Shown: piece by piece, positions 61,801 through 64,000 of the stretch
How positions within the stretch are numbered: position 1 is the stretch's first letter
Layout: each line of letters starts with the position of its first letter
The notes under the pieces: model-generated
Told to the model about the DNA's origin: nothing
What the model saw: only the letters and a program-made list of their open reading frames with translations
Databases searched by the model: none
Source of the DNA: Octopus sinensis
Lineage: Eukaryota
Length of the DNA stretch: 64,000 nt
NCBI RefSeq assembly: GCF_006345805.1
Contig: NC_042999.1
Span: 162,812,001-162,876,000 of the forward strand
Reading direction: 5' to 3'
Position numbers and translations under genes: made by a program

Positions 61801-64000
61801 GCTGCAACAAGCCTTTGCTGATCTTGAGAAAGTCTCATCTCCTTTCTCTCTTGGGACTCCATCTGATGTGCTGCAACAAGCCTTTGCTGATCTTGAGAAA
61901 GTCTCATCTCCTTTCTCTCTTGGGACTCCATCTGATGTGCTGCAACAAGCCTTTGCTGATCTTGAGAAAGTCTCATCTCCTTTCTCTCTTGGGACTCCAT
62001 CTGATGTGCTGCAACAAGCCTTTGCTGATCTTGAGAAAGTCTCATCTCCTTTCTCTCTTGGGACTCCATCTGATGTGCTGCAACAAGCCTTTGCTGATCT
62101 TGAGAAAGTCTCATCTCCTTTCTCTCTTGGGACTCCATCTGATGTGCTGCAACAAGCCTTTGCTGATCTTGAGAAAGTCTCATCTCCTTTCTCTCTTGGG
62201 ACTCCATCTGATGTGCTGCAACAAGCCTTTGCTGATCTTGAGAAAGTCTCATCTCCTTTCTCTCTTGGGACTCCATCTGATGTGCTGCAACAAGCCTTTG
62301 CTGATCTTGAGAAAGTCTCATCTCCTTTCTCTCTTGGGACTCCATCTGATGTGCTGCAACAAGCCTTTGCTGATCTTGAGAAAGTCTCATCTCCCTTCTC
62401 TCTTGGGACTCCATCTGATGTGCTGCAACAAGCCTTTGCTGATCTTGAGAAAGTCTCATCTCCTTCTCTCTTGGGACTCCATCTGATGTGCTGCAACAAG
62501 CCTTTGCTGATCTTGAGAAAGTCTCATCTCCTTTCTCTCTTGGGACTCCATCTGATGTGCTGCAACAAGCCTTTGCTGATCTTGAGAAAGTCTCATCTCC
62601 TTCTCTCTTGGGACTCCATCTGATGTGCTGCAACAAGCCTTTGCTGATCTTGAGAAAGTCTCATCTCCTTTCTCTCTTGGGACTCCATCTGATGTGCTGC
62701 AACAAGCCTTTGCTGATCTTGAGAAAGTCTCATCTCCTTTCTCTCTTGGGACTCCATCTGATGTGCTGCAACAAGCCTTTGCTGATCTTGAGAAAGTCTC
62801 ATCTCCCTTCTCTCTTGGGACTCCATCTGATGTGCTGCAACAAGCCTTTGCTGATCTTGAGAAAGTCTCATCTCCTTCTCTCTTGGGACTCCATCTGATG
62901 TGCTGCAACAAGCCTTTGCTGATCTTGAGAAAGTCTCATCTCCTTTCTCTCTTGGGACTCCATCTGATGTGCTGCAACAAGCCTTTGCTGATCTTGAGAA
63001 AGTCTCATCTCCTTCTCTCTTGGGACTCCATCTGATGTGCTGCAACAAGCCTTTGCTGATCTTGAGAAAGTCTCATCTCCCTTCTCTCTTGGGACTCCAT
63101 CTGATGTGCTGCAACAAGCCTTTGCTGATCTTGAGAAAGTCTCATCTCCTTCTCTCTTGGGACTCCATCTGATGTGCTGCAACAAGCCTTTGCTGATCTT
63201 GAGAAAGTCTCATCTCCTTCTCTCTTGGGACTCCATCTGATGTGCTGCAACAAGCCTTTGCTGATCTTGAGAAAGTCTCATCTCCTTTCTCTCTTGGGAC
63301 TCCATCTGATGTGCTGCAACAAGCCTTTGCTGATCTTGAGAAAGTCTCATCTCCTTTCTCTCTTGGGACTCCATCTGATGTGCTGCAACAAGCCTTTGCT
63401 GATCTTGAGAAAGTCTCATCTCCTTCTCTCTTGGGACTCCATCTGATGTGCTGCAACAAGCCTTTGCTGATCTTGAGAAAGTCTCATCTCCCTTCTCTCT
63501 TGGGACTCCATCTGATGTGCTGCAACAAGCCTTTGCTGATCTTGAGAAAGTCTCATCTCCCTTCTCTCTTGGGACTCCATCTGATGTGCTGCAACAAGCC
63601 TTTGCTGATCTTGAGAAAGTCTCATCTCCTTTCTCTCTTGGGACTCCATCTGATGTGCTGCAACAAGCCTTTGCTGATCTTGAGAAAGTCTCATCTCCCT
63701 TCTCTCTTGGGACTCCATCTGATGTGCTGCAACAAGCCTTTGCTGATCTTGAGAAAGTCTCATCTCCTTTCTCTCTTGGGACTCCATCTGATGTGCTGCA
63801 ACAAGCCTTTGCTGATCTTGAGAAAGTCTCATCTCCTTTCTCTCTTGGGACTCCATCTGATGTGCTGCAACAAGCCTTTGCTGATCTTGAGAAAGTCTCA
63901 TCTCCTTTCTCTCTTGGGACTCCATCTGATGTGCTGCAACAAGCCTTTGCTGATCTTGAGAAAGTCTCATCTCCTTTCTCTCTTGGGACTCCATCTGATG
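49890..64000 (-). repeat. 69-bp tandem array (about 205 monomers, runs off the window); each monomer encodes a 23-aa STPR-like repeat on the minus strand
   Basis: Monomer tgtgctgcaacaagcctttgctgatcttgagaaagtctcatctcctttctctcttgggactccatctga; minus frame ESQERKEMRLSQDQQRLVAAHQM; variants are almost only T/C/deletion at one site. Confidence 0.97.

Noticed and set aside
49876-63994. Giant ORFs (up to 1,221 aa) as real genes
   Set aside because: They arise because the 69-bp unit is stop-free in four frames, and they switch frame at every shortened monomer. Only the ESQERKEMRL frame has a recognisable pattern and in-frame context, and it is frameshifted and followed by stops.
49890-64000. CRISPR array
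   Set aside because: Monomers are contiguous and near-identical with no unique spacers, there are no cas genes, and the context is eukaryotic.

Overview
Eukaryotic, AT-rich, repeat-dominated DNA. The SINE, RTE and Penelope families present resemble those of Octopus (an inference from recalled repeat families). No intact host gene could be identified. Positions 1-49.6 kb are a mosaic of decayed and nested transposons: Tx1/L1-like, RTE, CR1 and Penelope-like retroelements, a Mag-type Gypsy, a non-autonomous LTR element with a tRNA-Trp primer site, a DNA transposase fossil, non-autonomous Helitrons, tRNA-derived SINEs and microsatellites. This region also carries about ten type I hammerhead-ribozyme motifs of five sequence families, one with stem covariation and two placed on the arms of a 1-kb palindrome. 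The last 14.1 kb (49,890 to the window end) is a near-homogeneous 69-bp tandem array of about 205 monomers. On the minus strand each monomer encodes a 23-aa STPR-like repeat (ESQERKEMRLSQDQQRLVAAHQM). That same frame continues through two stops into an AF-x-YDP...CxxC...CC motif typical of Helitron Rep/helicase N-termini. The array therefore looks like a satellite born by runaway expansion of a protein-coding repeat domain inside a Helitron ORF, and it shows a 47-monomer higher-order duplication.
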